This document shows, in pieces, positions 20,124 through 28,950 of a stretch of DNA of 64,000 nucleotides (the first letter of the stretch is position 1; every line of letters begins with the position of its first letter). Origin of the DNA: Ruminococcus sp. Its GTDB lineage: Bacteria; Bacillota; Clostridia; Oscillospirales; Acutalibacteraceae. Where the stretch lies: contig SFCS01000006.1 in assembly GCA_004558485.1 (NCBI GenBank), positions 14,041-78,040 on the forward strand, written 5' to 3'. The notes below the pieces were generated by a model. It was not told the origin of the DNA. It did not search any database and saw nothing but the letters and a program-made list of their open reading frames with translations. The translations under genes and the position numbers were made by a program.

Positions 20124-20555
20124 TTATGCCGTGGGAATGTCCACGCGCATCAGGATGTCGGTGCCTTCTCCGACACGGGATCGGATCTCCATATGATCCG
20201 TATAGCGTTTCATATTGGGTAACCCCATACCGGCGCCGAAGCCCAAAGAACGGACGACGTCCGGCGCGGTGGAAAAGCCTGCCTGCATGGCCTGCTCAAT
20301 GTCTGCAATGCCGGGACCGTGATCCGAAAGCGCGATCTCGATCTTGTCTTCATCCACCCGCACCTCGGCGATGCCGCCGCCCGCGTGGATGACCATGTTG
20401 ATCTCGCCCTCGTACATGGCGATGGAAACGCGCCGGATAATCTCCGGCGGCAGTCCCAGCTGGCGCAGATTTTTCTTGACCTGCACCGACGCCTGCCCCG
20501 CGGAGGTGAAATCCTCTCCGCCCACATCAAAACGAAAAGTAAGCGTCTCAGCCAT
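20124..20555 (-). CDS. RsbW/SpoIIAB-like anti-sigma-type Ser protein kinase (HATPase_c_2)
   Basis: About 143 aa. Motifs EGEINMVIHA and DHGPGI…GFGAGMGL match the GHKL kinase fold of partner-switching kinases. Confidence 0.6.
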   Translation of the reverse strand: MAETLTFRFDVGGEDFTSAGQASVQVKKNLRQLGLPPEIIRRVSIAMYEGEINMVIHAGGGIAEVRVDEDKIEIALSDHGPGIADIEQAMQAGFSTAPDVVRSLGFGAGMGLPNMKRYTDHMEIRSRVGEGTDILMRVDIPTA

Positions 20556-20556
20556 C

Positions 20557-20913
20557 TTATCGCCTCGCAGTCTTGTTGCCGACAAGACCGTTGCTGTAGA
20601 GAATGCCGCACGCCTCATACATCCGCTTGTCGGTCGCCATGAGCACGATGCCGGCGTCCTGCGCCAGACGGATCATTTCCTCCGTCGGGCGTTTCTCGCG
20701 CACGAAAACGATGCAGATCATGTCCATCATTTCCGCGGTGCGGATGACCTGTGCGTTGACAAGGCCGGTGAGCAGCACCGCCTGATCCTTCACATATGCC
20801 AACACATCGCTCATCATGTCGCTGCCGCAGGCGGAATAGACATGGTCGCCAAGGCGCTCCTCGCAGACAAGAACATCGGCTTGCAAAAGCTCTTTAATGG
20901 TACAGATCTTCAT
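20557..20913 (-). CDS. DRTGG domain protein (second copy)
   Basis: 118-aa DRTGG-like protein (…VLLTGLVNAQVIRTAEMMD…) immediately upstream of the kinase gene. Confidence 0.5.
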   Translation of the reverse strand: MKICTIKELLQADVLVCEERLGDHVYSACGSDMMSDVLAYVKDQAVLLTGLVNAQVIRTAEMMDMICIVFVREKRPTEEMIRLAQDAGIVLMATDKRMYEACGILYSNGLVGNKTARR

Positions 20914-20934
20914 AGTCGGCCCTCGTATGGCGCT

Positions 20935-21432
20935 TTATGCGCCGTATTTTTTCAGAATGTCCGGCACATCGTCTGCGGTCAGTCTGCCGAACACCTCATC
21001 GTTGATGGTGAGCACCGGCGCAAGACCGCAAGCACCGATGCAGCGGCAGGCGGTGAGGGAAAATCTGCCGTCGGGGGTACATTCGTCCGCGCCGATGCCG
21101 AGAATTTCCTGAATTTTGTTGAACACATCGCCGGAGCCCTTGACATAGCACGCTGTGCCCAGGCAGACCGAGATGTTGTAGTTGCCCTTCGGGGACAGCG
21201 CAAACTGCGCATAGAAGGTTGCTACTCCGTAGACCTTTTCGAGCGGCACGCCCATGCCGTCCGCGATCATCTGCTGTACCTCGATGGGGAGATACCCGTA
21301 GATGCCCTGCGCCTCCTGCATGACGCCCATCAGCCGACTTTTGTCGTGCTTGTTGGCATCAATGACCTTCTTTAGTGCCTCTGCCTGCGCAGCGGTACCC
21401 TTGAAGGGCAGATTGCTGATTTTTTTCTGCAT
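20935..21432 (-). CDS. hydC: NuoE-like [2Fe-2S] subunit HydC
   Basis: NuoE family signature (CLGTACYVKG … CRCIGACGLAP). Start ATG 21432 after AGGAGG. Confidence 0.8.
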   Translation of the reverse strand: MQKKISNLPFKGTAAQAEALKKVIDANKHDKSRLMGVMQEAQGIYGYLPIEVQQMIADGMGVPLEKVYGVATFYAQFALSPKGNYNISVCLGTACYVKGSGDVFNKIQEILGIGADECTPDGRFSLTACRCIGACGLAPVLTINDEVFGRLTADDVPDILKKYGA

Positions 21433-21520
21433 ATTGCCTTTCCTCCTTGAAATGTATTGTATCTTCCGCATAACGGGTATGCGAAAAATACATACCGTTC
21501 TCATTATAACAAAGAGTTTT
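21433..21520 (-). promoter_or_regulatory. promoter and leader of the hyd operon: extended -10 TGTTATAAT and leader hairpin CGCATACCCGTTATGCG
   Basis: Minus-strand TGTTATAAT (plus 21504-21513) about 70 nt upstream of hydC. A short inverted repeat in the leader may be an operator. Confidence 0.35.
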
Positions 21521-21563
21521 CAAAAATACCAGTGTTAAATTGCATTTTTTATATAATTATGGA

Positions 21564-21593
21564 GAAAAAAAGCAGTGCCGTCGGCACTGCTTT
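21564..21593 (-). terminator. smpB terminator
   Basis: Hairpin AGCAGTGCCGTCGGCACTGCT followed by a T-tract on the minus strand. Confidence 0.6.
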
Positions 21594-21610
21594 CCCATTT
21601 GGCACAGTTT

Positions 21611-22075
21611 TTATGCGTTTCGTTCCTTAAGCGCGCGCTCTGCCTCCCGTTTCATGTCCCGACGGGCGGCATCCTCGCGCTTGTCATAGAGCTTTTTGCC
21701 GCGGCAAAGCCCGACCTGCACCTTCATGAGCGAGCCCTTGCGATAAAGCGACAGCGGAATGAGCGTCAGCCCCTTCTGCTTTGACAGCCCGTAAAGCCGC
21801 AGAATTTCCCGTTTGTGCAGCAACAGCCGCCGCACGCGCAGCGGGTCGCGGTTAAAAATGTTGCCGTGGTCATAGGGAGAGATGTGCATGCCGTTTATGA
21901 ACATTTCCCCTTCGACGACGCTGCACCAGGCGTCCTTCAGGTTGACGCCGCCCGCGCGGATGGCTTTCACCTCTGTGCCGCACAGCTCAATGCCCGCCTC
22001 GATGCTTTCCTCGACGAAATATTCATGATACGCCTTTTTGTTGGCGGCGATCGTTTGTGTCGCTTGTTGTTTCAT
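21611..22075 (-). CDS. smpB: SsrA-binding protein
   Basis: SmpB family (…NKKAYHEYF…GTEVKA…LLLHKRE…). Start ATG 22075. The upstream 147 residues of the track ORF are antisense junk. Confidence 0.85.
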   Translation of the reverse strand: MKQQATQTIAANKKAYHEYFVEESIEAGIELCGTEVKAIRAGGVNLKDAWCSVVEGEMFINGMHISPYDHGNIFNRDPLRVRRLLLHKREILRLYGLSKQKGLTLIPLSLYRKGSLMKVQVGLCRGKKLYDKREDAARRDMKREAERALKERNA

Positions 22076-22086
22076 GGCGGTTCTCC

Positions 22087-22686
22087 TTACAGCTCCGAGC
22101 GCCCCTCCAGCGAGCGGCGCAGCGTGACCTCGTCCGCATATTCCAAATCGCCGCCCACGGGGATGCCGTAGGCAAGGCGGGTGACCTTGATGGGAAAGGG
22201 TTTCAGCAGCCGCGCGATATACATGGCGGTCGCCTCCCCCTCGACGGTGGGATTGGTCGCCATCACGACCTCCTTGACCGCCTCGTCGGTCAGGCGGGTG
22301 AGAAGGGGGCGGATGCGGATGTCGTCGGGGCCGACCCCGTCCATGGGCGAGATCGTGCCGTGCAGCACGTGGTACAGCCCGCGGTATTCCCTTGTGCGCT
22401 CCAGCGCTGCGACATCCTGCGGATCCTCCACCACACAGATGACCGAGCGATCGCGGTCTGCCGCTGCGCAAACGGGGCAAAGCGCTTTGTCGGTCAGGTT
22501 GCAGCAAACGCTGCATTCGTGGATGTTTTCGCGCGCCTCGCGGATGGCGGAGACAAATGCCGCCGCCTTTTCCTCCGGCTGACGCAGCAGAAAAAAGGCA
22601 AGCCTCCCGGCGGATTTGTGTCCGATGCCGGGCAGCGTTTCGAGCTGCTCCACCAGCCGTTCAAGCGGCGCTACCGTGTATCCCAT
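22087..22686 (-). CDS. recR: recombination protein RecR
   Basis: HhH motif LPGIGHKSAGRLAFFLL, C4 zinc finger CSVCCNLTDKALCPVC and Toprim domain. Confidence 0.9.
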   Translation of the reverse strand: MGYTVAPLERLVEQLETLPGIGHKSAGRLAFFLLRQPEEKAAAFVSAIREARENIHECSVCCNLTDKALCPVCAAADRDRSVICVVEDPQDVAALERTREYRGLYHVLHGTISPMDGVGPDDIRIRPLLTRLTDEAVKEVVMATNPTVEGEATAMYIARLLKPFPIKVTRLAYGIPVGGDLEYADEVTLRRSLEGRSEL

Positions 22687-22694
22687 ACAGCACC

Positions 22695-23042
22695 TCAGAA
22701 CAGCCCCGGCACATTCAAGCCGCCCGCGATGCGGGACATCTGCTGTTCGGCGTCCTCGCTTGCCTTGCGGCTGGCCTCATTGACGGCGGCGATGACCAGA
22801 TCGGCGAGCATTTCGGCATCGTCGGGATCGATGACCTCCGGCTCGATTTTGAGCGCGGTGATCTCGTGCTTGCCGTTCACGGTCGCTTCGACCGCGCCGC
22901 CGCCCGCCGTAGCGGTATAGACGGAGGCTTGCAGCTCCTCCTGCTTTGCAGCAGCCTCCTCCTGCATCTTCTGTGCCTGGCGGATCATGCTTTGCAGGTT
23001 GCCCGGACCGCCGCCCATTCCCTGCGGTAATCTTGCTTTCAT
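22695..23042 (-). CDS. ybaB: YbaB/EbfC nucleoid-associated protein
   Basis: 115-aa protein with the characteristic NLQSMIRQAQKMQE N-terminus. Conserved dnaX-ybaB-recR order. Confidence 0.85.
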   Translation of the reverse strand: MKARLPQGMGGGPGNLQSMIRQAQKMQEEAAAKQEELQASVYTATAGGGAVEATVNGKHEITALKIEPEVIDPDDAEMLADLVIAAVNEASRKASEDAEQQMSRIAGGLNVPGLF

Positions 23043-23058
23043 AGTGTATATCCCCTTT

Positions 23059-24693
23059 TTAGGTTTGTATATCCACGCCGCGTTCCCGATTTTGACGGAT
23101 GAAGGCGGTCAGCGGATCGTTCGGCGTGTCCGCCGACGGTTTTTTCTTGATGCCGATGCGATAGGTGTTCCCCGTAACTTGCTTGATGGTGTTCACCAGA
23201 ATTTGCTTGTTGCCGTCACGGGTGACGAGCGCACGGAAGGTGTCATTGTCGGTGCAGACAAGCACGATGTCGCCGCGCAGCAGCGCCGTCGAGCCGACAA
23301 GCACGCCGCAGAGCGGGGGACATGCCGTTTCGAGCGCCTCCACCACCTCGCCCCAGGAAGAAAACGGCACTTCCGCATTTTCCGCCGCCGGTGCTACCGG
23401 TGCTGCCGGGGCTGCCGGTGCTGCCGGGGCTGCCGGTGCGGGTGCGGGAGCAGGTTCCTGCGCGGGCGCAGATTCTTGCGTCGGTGCGGGCTCTTGCATC
23501 GGTGCGGGCTCTTGCGTCGGTGCCGGAGCAGACGCCTGCGTGGGAGCTGACATCGGTCGGTTGTTTTCCAGTGCCGCTACACGGCGGGTGAGGGCGGCAA
23601 GGTCGTCGGACAATTCCGGACGGCACAGCCGCAAGACCGCCATCTCCATCTCCACGCGGCGGGACACGCCTCCGCGCAGACGGTCGAGCGTCTCCTGCAG
23701 CACCGCCAGGTGATGCAGCACCGTCGCCATATCGGTGGCGGCAGCGGCAGCTCTCAGCTGCTCCAGCTCCTCGGCAGAGACCACGACAAGCGCCGTCGGA
23801 TCCTTGACGGTCTTGACGATCATGATGTCGCGGCAATGCTCCACCCATTCGGCGCACAGCCGTTCCATGTCCTTTGACCCGCGATAGAGCGTGTCGATGA
23901 CGGCAAGCGCCTTTGCGGTGTCGCCGGCGGCGACTGCCGCAGACAATTCGAAAATGTGCGCCCTCCCCGCCAGTCCCGCGGCGGCGGTCACGACCTCGGC
24001 GGTCACCTCGCGGGAATGGGATACGCACTGATCGAGCAGGGAAAGCGCGTCCCGCATCGCGCCGTCGGACAGCCGCGCCAAAAGCAGCGCCGCGTCATCG
24101 GTGACGGAAAAGCCCTCCTTGTCCGCCACAAAGCGGATGCGCGCCGCGATGTCGGCGGGGGTGATGCGGGTGAAATCAAACCGCTGACAGCGGGACAAAA
24201 TCGTTGCGGGCAGCTTGTGCACCTCGGTGGTCGCCAGGACAAAAATGACATGCGCGGGCGGCTCTTCCAAGGTTTTGAGCAGCGCGTTGAACGCACCCGC
24301 AGACAGCATGTGCACCTCGTCGATGATATACACGCGGTATTTTGCGGCGGCGGGGGTGAAGTTCACTTCCTCCCGCAGCTCGCGGATGCTGTCGACGCCG
24401 TTGTTTGACGCGGCGTCGATCTCCACCACATCCAAAATCGAGCCGTCGTCGATGCCGCGGCAGATCTCACACGCGTTGCAGGGATCGCCGTCCACGGGGG
24501 ACAGACAGTTGACTGCCTTGGCAAGAATTTTGGCACAGGTGGTCTTTCCCGTACCGCGACAGCCGGTGAACAGATAGGCATGCGCCGGTGTGCCGTTTTT
24601 GATCTCGTTGCGCAGCGCGGCAGTCACCGTTTCCTGTCCGCAGACATCGGAAAAGGTCTGCGGGCGATATTTGCGATACAGCACCTGATACAA
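23059..24693 (-). CDS. dnaX: DNA polymerase III subunits gamma/tau
   Basis: LYRKYRPQTF, Walker A GTGKTT and zinc module CxxC…CxxC. Start TTG 24693, 8 nt after AAAGGAG. Internal Pro/Ala-rich tandem-repeat linker. Confidence 0.85.
   Translation of the reverse strand: MYQVLYRKYRPQTFSDVCGQETVTAALRNEIKNGTPAHAYLFTGCRGTGKTTCAKILAKAVNCLSPVDGDPCNACEICRGIDDGSILDVVEIDAASNNGVDSIRELREEVNFTPAAAKYRVYIIDEVHMLSAGAFNALLKTLEEPPAHVIFVLATTEVHKLPATILSRCQRFDFTRITPADIAARIRFVADKEGFSVTDDAALLLARLSDGAMRDALSLLDQCVSHSREVTAEVVTAAAGLAGRAHIFELSAAVAAGDTAKALAVIDTLYRGSKDMERLCAEWVEHCRDIMIVKTVKDPTALVVVSAEELEQLRAAAAATDMATVLHHLAVLQETLDRLRGGVSRRVEMEMAVLRLCRPELSDDLAALTRRVAALENNRPMSAPTQASAPAPTQEPAPMQEPAPTQESAPAQEPAPAPAPAAPAAPAAPAAPVAPAAENAEVPFSSWGEVVEALETACPPLCGVLVGSTALLRGDIVLVCTDNDTFRALVTRDGNKQILVNTIKQVTGNTYRIGIKKKPSADTPNDPLTAFIRQNRERGVDIQT
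23381..23545 (-). repeat. in-frame tandem nucleotide repeats encoding a PAP/QEPAPT low-complexity linker inside dnaX
   Basis: Repeats (ccggtgctgccggggctg)x2 and (cttgcRtcggtgcgggct)x3 encode APTQEPAPMQEPAPTQESAPAQEP and (AAP)n. Confidence 0.7.
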
Positions 24694-24704
24694 GGCTGTC
24701 ACTC

Positions 24705-24849
24705 CTTTGCAGAAAAATACCGTAGGCACTCCGGCATACGGACGGACAGGCGGACTGCGGCGCACGGAGACAGCTGCTTAATGCTGCTCGGTTCCCCGCC
24801 TGACATGGTTCACAGCGCACCGTCGCGCAGGACCCATCCGTCCGTATGC
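24705..24849 (-). ncRNA. ffs: signal recognition particle RNA (small 4.5S-like form) with its own promoter
   Basis: Minus-strand promoter TTGACT-17-TATAAT. Long terminal helix (ccggcatacggacgg / ccgtccgtatgccgg). Domain IV motif AUGUCAGGCGGGGAACCGAGCAGC matches GUCAGG-NCCGGAAGGAAGCAGC. Ends in UAUUUUU just before the dnaX RBS. Confidence 0.75.
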
Positions 24850-24909
24850 CGGAATGTATACGGCATCTCTTATTATATGTGTACGGCGGCGAAAAGTCAA
24901 GAGCGCCGC

Positions 24910-24940
24910 GAAAAAATAAGGCTGCGCAAAGCGCAGCCTT
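24910..24940 (-). terminator. rpsT terminator
   Basis: Hairpin AAGGCTGCGCAAAGCGCAGCCTT plus T-tract on the minus strand. Confidence 0.65.
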
Positions 24941-24951
24941 ACAGATTGTCC

Positions 24952-25203
24952 TCACGCATTCGCTTTTTTAGCGAGGGCGGACTTTTTCCTTGCAGCCGTA
25001 TTCTTGTGCAGGAGACCCTTTGCAGCAGCCTGATCGATCTTCTTGACGGCGGCTTTCAAGGCTTCTTCCTTGTTCTCACCGGCAGCGATGGCGGCGTTCG
25101 CGTTCTTGATCTCGGTTTTCAGAGCGGAGCGGGCAGCTTTGTTGCGGGCGGCCTTCACCGCGTTGACCTTCACGCGCTTCTTGGCGGATTTAATATTGGG
25201 CAT
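24952..25203 (-). CDS. rpsT: 30S ribosomal protein S20
   Basis: MPNIKSAKKRVKV… S20 family. ATG 25203, 7 nt after AGGAGG. Confidence 0.9.
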   Translation of the reverse strand: MPNIKSAKKRVKVNAVKAARNKAARSALKTEIKNANAAIAAGENKEEALKAAVKKIDQAAAKGLLHKNTAARKKSALAKKANA

Positions 25204-25344
25204 GGTCACACCTCCTAAACAGCAAATTCAAATCACGCACACAATATAGTAGCACCCTTTTTCAAAAAAAGCAACTGTTTTTTTCGGAATATCCCGATTT
25301 TTTTCACGGATACTAGTGAAAACGAGAAAAAAAGAGGGAGAACT

Positions 25345-26226
25345 ATGCAACTGCGCACCGATCTGGCGCTCGAAGCGGTCGCCATGGCGGGGGAAACACT
25401 GGGGGAGGCGGATCGCACGCTGTTCGAGCAGGAGCGGGCGGGCATCACCGTCACCCGCCTCACGGTCAAAAGCGAAAGGGCGGCGGCGGTGTATGACAAG
25501 CCGTGCGGAGAATATGTGACGCTGGCGCTGCCGCCGCTCTCGGACGACGAAAAAAAGCTGCTCGAGGCGGCGACGCTGGCAGCGGAGGAGATTGGCCGCT
25601 TTTTGCCAAAGGAGGGGACGGTGCTGACGGTGGGGCTGGGCAACCGCGCCATCACGCCGGACGCGCTCGGTCCGCGCGCGGCGGATATGGTGCTTGCCAC
25701 CCGCCACATACAGGGTGAATTTGCCCGCAGTGTGGGGCTCTCCGACCTGCGCCCGTCGGCGGTGGTCGTGCCGGGGGTGCTCGGACAGACCGGCACGGAG
25801 AGCGGGGAGCTGGTGCGTGGGGTGTGCGGCGTGGTGCGCCCCGCCGCCGTCATCGCCGTCGATGCGCTTGCCGCCCGCAGCGTGGCGAGGCTCGGCTGCA
25901 CGGTGCAGGTATCGGACACCGGCATTGCCCCGGGTGCGGGCGTCGGCAACCATCGACTGCCGCTGTGTGCGAAAACGCTCGGCGTGCCGGTCATTGCGGT
26001 CGGCGTGCCGACGGTGGTGGACGCGGCGACGGTCGCCGCCGATTGCGGCGCGGACGCGGAAACGGTCGAGCGCATTGCGCCTGCGGCAAGACGCCTGGTG
26101 GTGACGCCGCGGGAGATCGATCTGCTCATCGGCAGAGCCGCCCGCCTTGTCGCGGCGGCGATCAACGCCGCCCTGCAGCCCGACTATGCACCGCTCGAGC
26201 TGATTTCTCTGGCGCTGGATTCATAA
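25345..26226 (+). CDS. gpr: germination protease (GPR endopeptidase)
   Basis: Aligns to B. subtilis Gpr (RTDLA…, VGLGNRAITPDALGP, LVTRH). Conserved rpsT-gpr neighbourhood. Confidence 0.85.
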   Translation: MQLRTDLALEAVAMAGETLGEADRTLFEQERAGITVTRLTVKSERAAAVYDKPCGEYVTLALPPLSDDEKKLLEAATLAAEEIGRFLPKEGTVLTVGLGNRAITPDALGPRAADMVLATRHIQGEFARSVGLSDLRPSAVVVPGVLGQTGTESGELVRGVCGVVRPAAVIAVDALAARSVARLGCTVQVSDTGIAPGAGVGNHRLPLCAKTLGVPVIAVGVPTVVDAATVAADCGADAETVERIAPAARRLVVTPREIDLLIGRAARLVAAAINAALQPDYAPLELISLALDS

Positions 26227-26245
26227 AATCCGGCGCACACACCAT

Positions 26246-26283
26246 GCAAATTTCCCTTGCCGTCCCCTGACGATGGGCGGCAA
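26246..26283. terminator. bidirectional terminator between gpr and mnmE
   Basis: Hairpin CCCTTGCCG…CGGCAAGGG with flanking T/A runs. Confidence 0.5.
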
Positions 26284-26325
26284 GGGGAATTTGACGGAGG
26301 ATGGGAAGCTTTGTTTCCCGTCCTC

Positions 26326-27699
26326 CTACTTTCCGACACAAAATCTGCGGAATACCTCGTCCACCACCGCCTCGGTGGTGCGCTCTCCCGTGAGGGACAA
26401 AATGGCGGCGACGGCATCGTCGATGCACACCGACACCGCATCCGGCGTCATGCCGATCGCCATGGCGTTTTGCGCCTCCCTGACGGCGGCAAGCGCATTT
26501 TCGGCGCATACACGCTGTCGTTCGGTCTGCAAAAGCGCCGTGTCCGGCTGCAGGCGGCAAACGCCGGTAACCTTCTCCACCGCCGCCCTCAGGCGGTCGG
26601 CGCCGTCTCCCGTTTTTGCCGACAGGAGCACGACGGCGGGCACGGCAGCGGCGATCTCGTCGACCTCGATCACCGTGCCGATATCCGTTTTATTGATGAC
26701 GGCGATCGCGGTTTCATTTTTCAGAGAGGCAAGCAGCGCGCGATCCTCCGCCGTGAGCGGTGCGCCGCCGTCGAACACCGCCAGCACCAGCGCCGCGTGT
26801 GCCATACGGCGGCGTGCCTTTTCGACACCGATCGCCTCAACGGCGTCGCCCGTGTCCCGCAGCCCCGCCGTGTCGGACAGGCGCAGCGTGACCTCGCCCA
26901 GCCGCACCGTTTCCTCCACGATGTCGCGGGTCGTGCCCGCGATGGGGGTGACGATGCTGCGCTCGCAGCCGGCAAGCAGGTTCATGAGCGTGGATTTGCC
27001 GACATTGGGGCTGCCGACGATAACGGTATCGATGCCCTCACGCAGCACCCGCCCCGCGTCGAAATCGGCGAGCAGCGCCGCAAGCGTCTCTTCGGCGTCG
27101 GCAAGGGTGGCGGACAGTGCCGCATCCGAAAGGTCGGGGATGTCGTCGTCGGGATAGTCAACAAAGGCGGAAAACTGCGCCGCCGTCGCAAGCAGGGCGC
27201 TTTTCACGCCGTCAAGACGGCGAGAAACGCTCCCTTCCTTTGCGGCGAGGGCGGTCTTGGCGGCAAGACTGCCGTCGGCGGCAATGAGCGACATGACCGC
27301 CTCCGCGCCGGAAAGATCGAGCTTGCCGTTTTCAAAGGCGCGGCGGGTAAATTCCCCCGCCTCTGCGGGACGCGCGCCCGCTGCATAGAGCGCGCGCAGC
27401 GTGCGGCGCAGCAGATACACGCCGCCGTGCAGCGACAGCTCCACGGTGTCCTCGCCGGTGTAGCTGTGCGGCGCGCGGAAAACGAGCGCCACACATTCGT
27501 CGATGACGCCCTCTTTGTCCGCCACATGCCCGAAGGCGGCGCGCCAGCCGCCGAGGGCGGCAAGCGGCTTTCCCGACACCGCACGGAAAACGCGGTCGGC
27601 AGTGCCGATCGCGTCGCTGCCCGAAATGCGCAAAACGCCCAGTCCCGCGGGCGCGGCGGGGGTGGACAGCGCAGCGATGGTATCCCTTTGCAAATTCAC
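26326..27699 (-). CDS. mnmE: tRNA uridine-5-carboxymethylaminomethyl(34) synthesis GTPase
   Basis: MnmE N-terminal domain, G-domain (GSPNVGKSTL, DTAG, NKTD) and C-terminal CxGK. GTG start 27699 after AAAGAGAGGG. Confidence 0.9.
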   Translation of the reverse strand: MNLQRDTIAALSTPAAPAGLGVLRISGSDAIGTADRVFRAVSGKPLAALGGWRAAFGHVADKEGVIDECVALVFRAPHSYTGEDTVELSLHGGVYLLRRTLRALYAAGARPAEAGEFTRRAFENGKLDLSGAEAVMSLIAADGSLAAKTALAAKEGSVSRRLDGVKSALLATAAQFSAFVDYPDDDIPDLSDAALSATLADAEETLAALLADFDAGRVLREGIDTVIVGSPNVGKSTLMNLLAGCERSIVTPIAGTTRDIVEETVRLGEVTLRLSDTAGLRDTGDAVEAIGVEKARRRMAHAALVLAVFDGGAPLTAEDRALLASLKNETAIAVINKTDIGTVIEVDEIAAAVPAVVLLSAKTGDGADRLRAAVEKVTGVCRLQPDTALLQTERQRVCAENALAAVREAQNAMAIGMTPDAVSVCIDDAVAAILSLTGERTTEAVVDEVFRRFCVGK

Positions 27700-27811
27700 G
27701 GTTTGTCCCTCTCTTTATCGGTATAGTAGAAGTATAGTGGAAAAGGGGACGATTGTAAAGGCATATTTTCGCCGATGGGGGCATATATATTTGGGGAAGG
27801 GGGCGTGTCCG

Positions 27812-28948
27812 ATGAAACGCAGGCAGGTGATAAAACGCATAACGGCGCTTTTTCTGACGGCAGCGTCGGTGTTTCTGATCGGACAAGGCTCTCCCGCCTT
27901 TTGGGCGGGGCTCGGCAACCGTATCGCCCTTTTGGCGGTCGGTCTGCAAAAGCCGGAGGGCGGCGCAGCGGCGCTCAGCGCACAACTGCAGGCAAAGACC
28001 GCTGCGGCTACGCCCGCGACGACCGCTCCCGCCCCGACAACGGCGGCAACGACGGGTGAGACGACGGCACCGACGGATGCCGTACAGGCGGACAGCGCCA
28101 ATGTCACGCGCATCACGCTGCCGTCATGCAATGAGAAAGCGCCCGAAAAGGCGGCAAACGCGGGGGCTGTGTCCGAACAGAAAATCTCCCCCGGCAGCGA
28201 TCCCGTGGAGGGGGTCTGCGTGCGCAACCGCAGCGGCAAAGCATTGGACATCGCTGCCGCGCTGACGAAAACGCCGGACATCCATATCGACCGAAAAAGC
28301 GACCAACCGCAGGTGCTCATTGTCCACACCCACACGACCGAGGGGTATCTGACCTATGATGCGGGATTTTATAATCCGGCGGATGTGGAGCGCACGCAGG
28401 ATCACACGAAAAACATCTGCGCGGCGGGCGAGTCGATCGCCAAAGCGCTGCGCGCGGCGGGCATCGCCACGCTGCACGACACCACCGTGCACGATTATCC
28501 GAAATATACGGGCGCCTACAGCCGCTCGGAGCAGACGGTGAAGGCGGCAATGGAAAAATATCCGACGGTGAAGGTGGTACTGGATGTCCACCGCGACGCG
28601 ATGATCGCAAACGACACGCACACAAAGCCCACTGTCACGGTGAACGGACAAAAGGCGGCGCAAATGATGATCATTGCGGGCGTGGTGAGCACCGCGGCGC
28701 TGCCGCACCCAAACTGGGAGCAGAATTTTCGCTTCGCCGTGCGGCTGCAGCAGTCGCTTGCGACGACCTATCCCGACCTCATGCGCCCGCTGAGCCTGGT
28801 GGCGTCGCGGTATAACCAGCATCTGGCAAACGGCTATCTTCTGGTGGAGATCGGCACGGATGTCAACACGGTGAGCGAGGCGGTATATTCCGGTGAAATG
28901 TTGGGAAAAACATTAGCAAATCTGTTAAATTCAAATTGGGAGCGGTAG
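27812..28948 (+). CDS. spoIIP: stage II sporulation protein P
   Basis: SpoIIP family core (VLIVHTHTTEGY … VLDVHRD … LLVEIGTDVNT). Signal-anchor N-terminus. ATG 27812 after a GGGGAAGGGGG RBS. Confidence 0.8.
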   Translation: MKRRQVIKRITALFLTAASVFLIGQGSPAFWAGLGNRIALLAVGLQKPEGGAAALSAQLQAKTAAATPATTAPAPTTAATTGETTAPTDAVQADSANVTRITLPSCNEKAPEKAANAGAVSEQKISPGSDPVEGVCVRNRSGKALDIAAALTKTPDIHIDRKSDQPQVLIVHTHTTEGYLTYDAGFYNPADVERTQDHTKNICAAGESIAKALRAAGIATLHDTTVHDYPKYTGAYSRSEQTVKAAMEKYPTVKVVLDVHRDAMIANDTHTKPTVTVNGQKAAQMMIIAGVVSTAALPHPNWEQNFRFAVRLQQSLATTYPDLMRPLSLVASRYNQHLANGYLLVEIGTDVNTVSEAVYSGEMLGKTLANLLNSNWER

Positions 28949-28950
28949 GG

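Noticed and set aside
26257-27726. 489-aa plus-strand ORF
   Set aside because: It is antisense to mnmE, whose G-domain motifs are on the minus strand.
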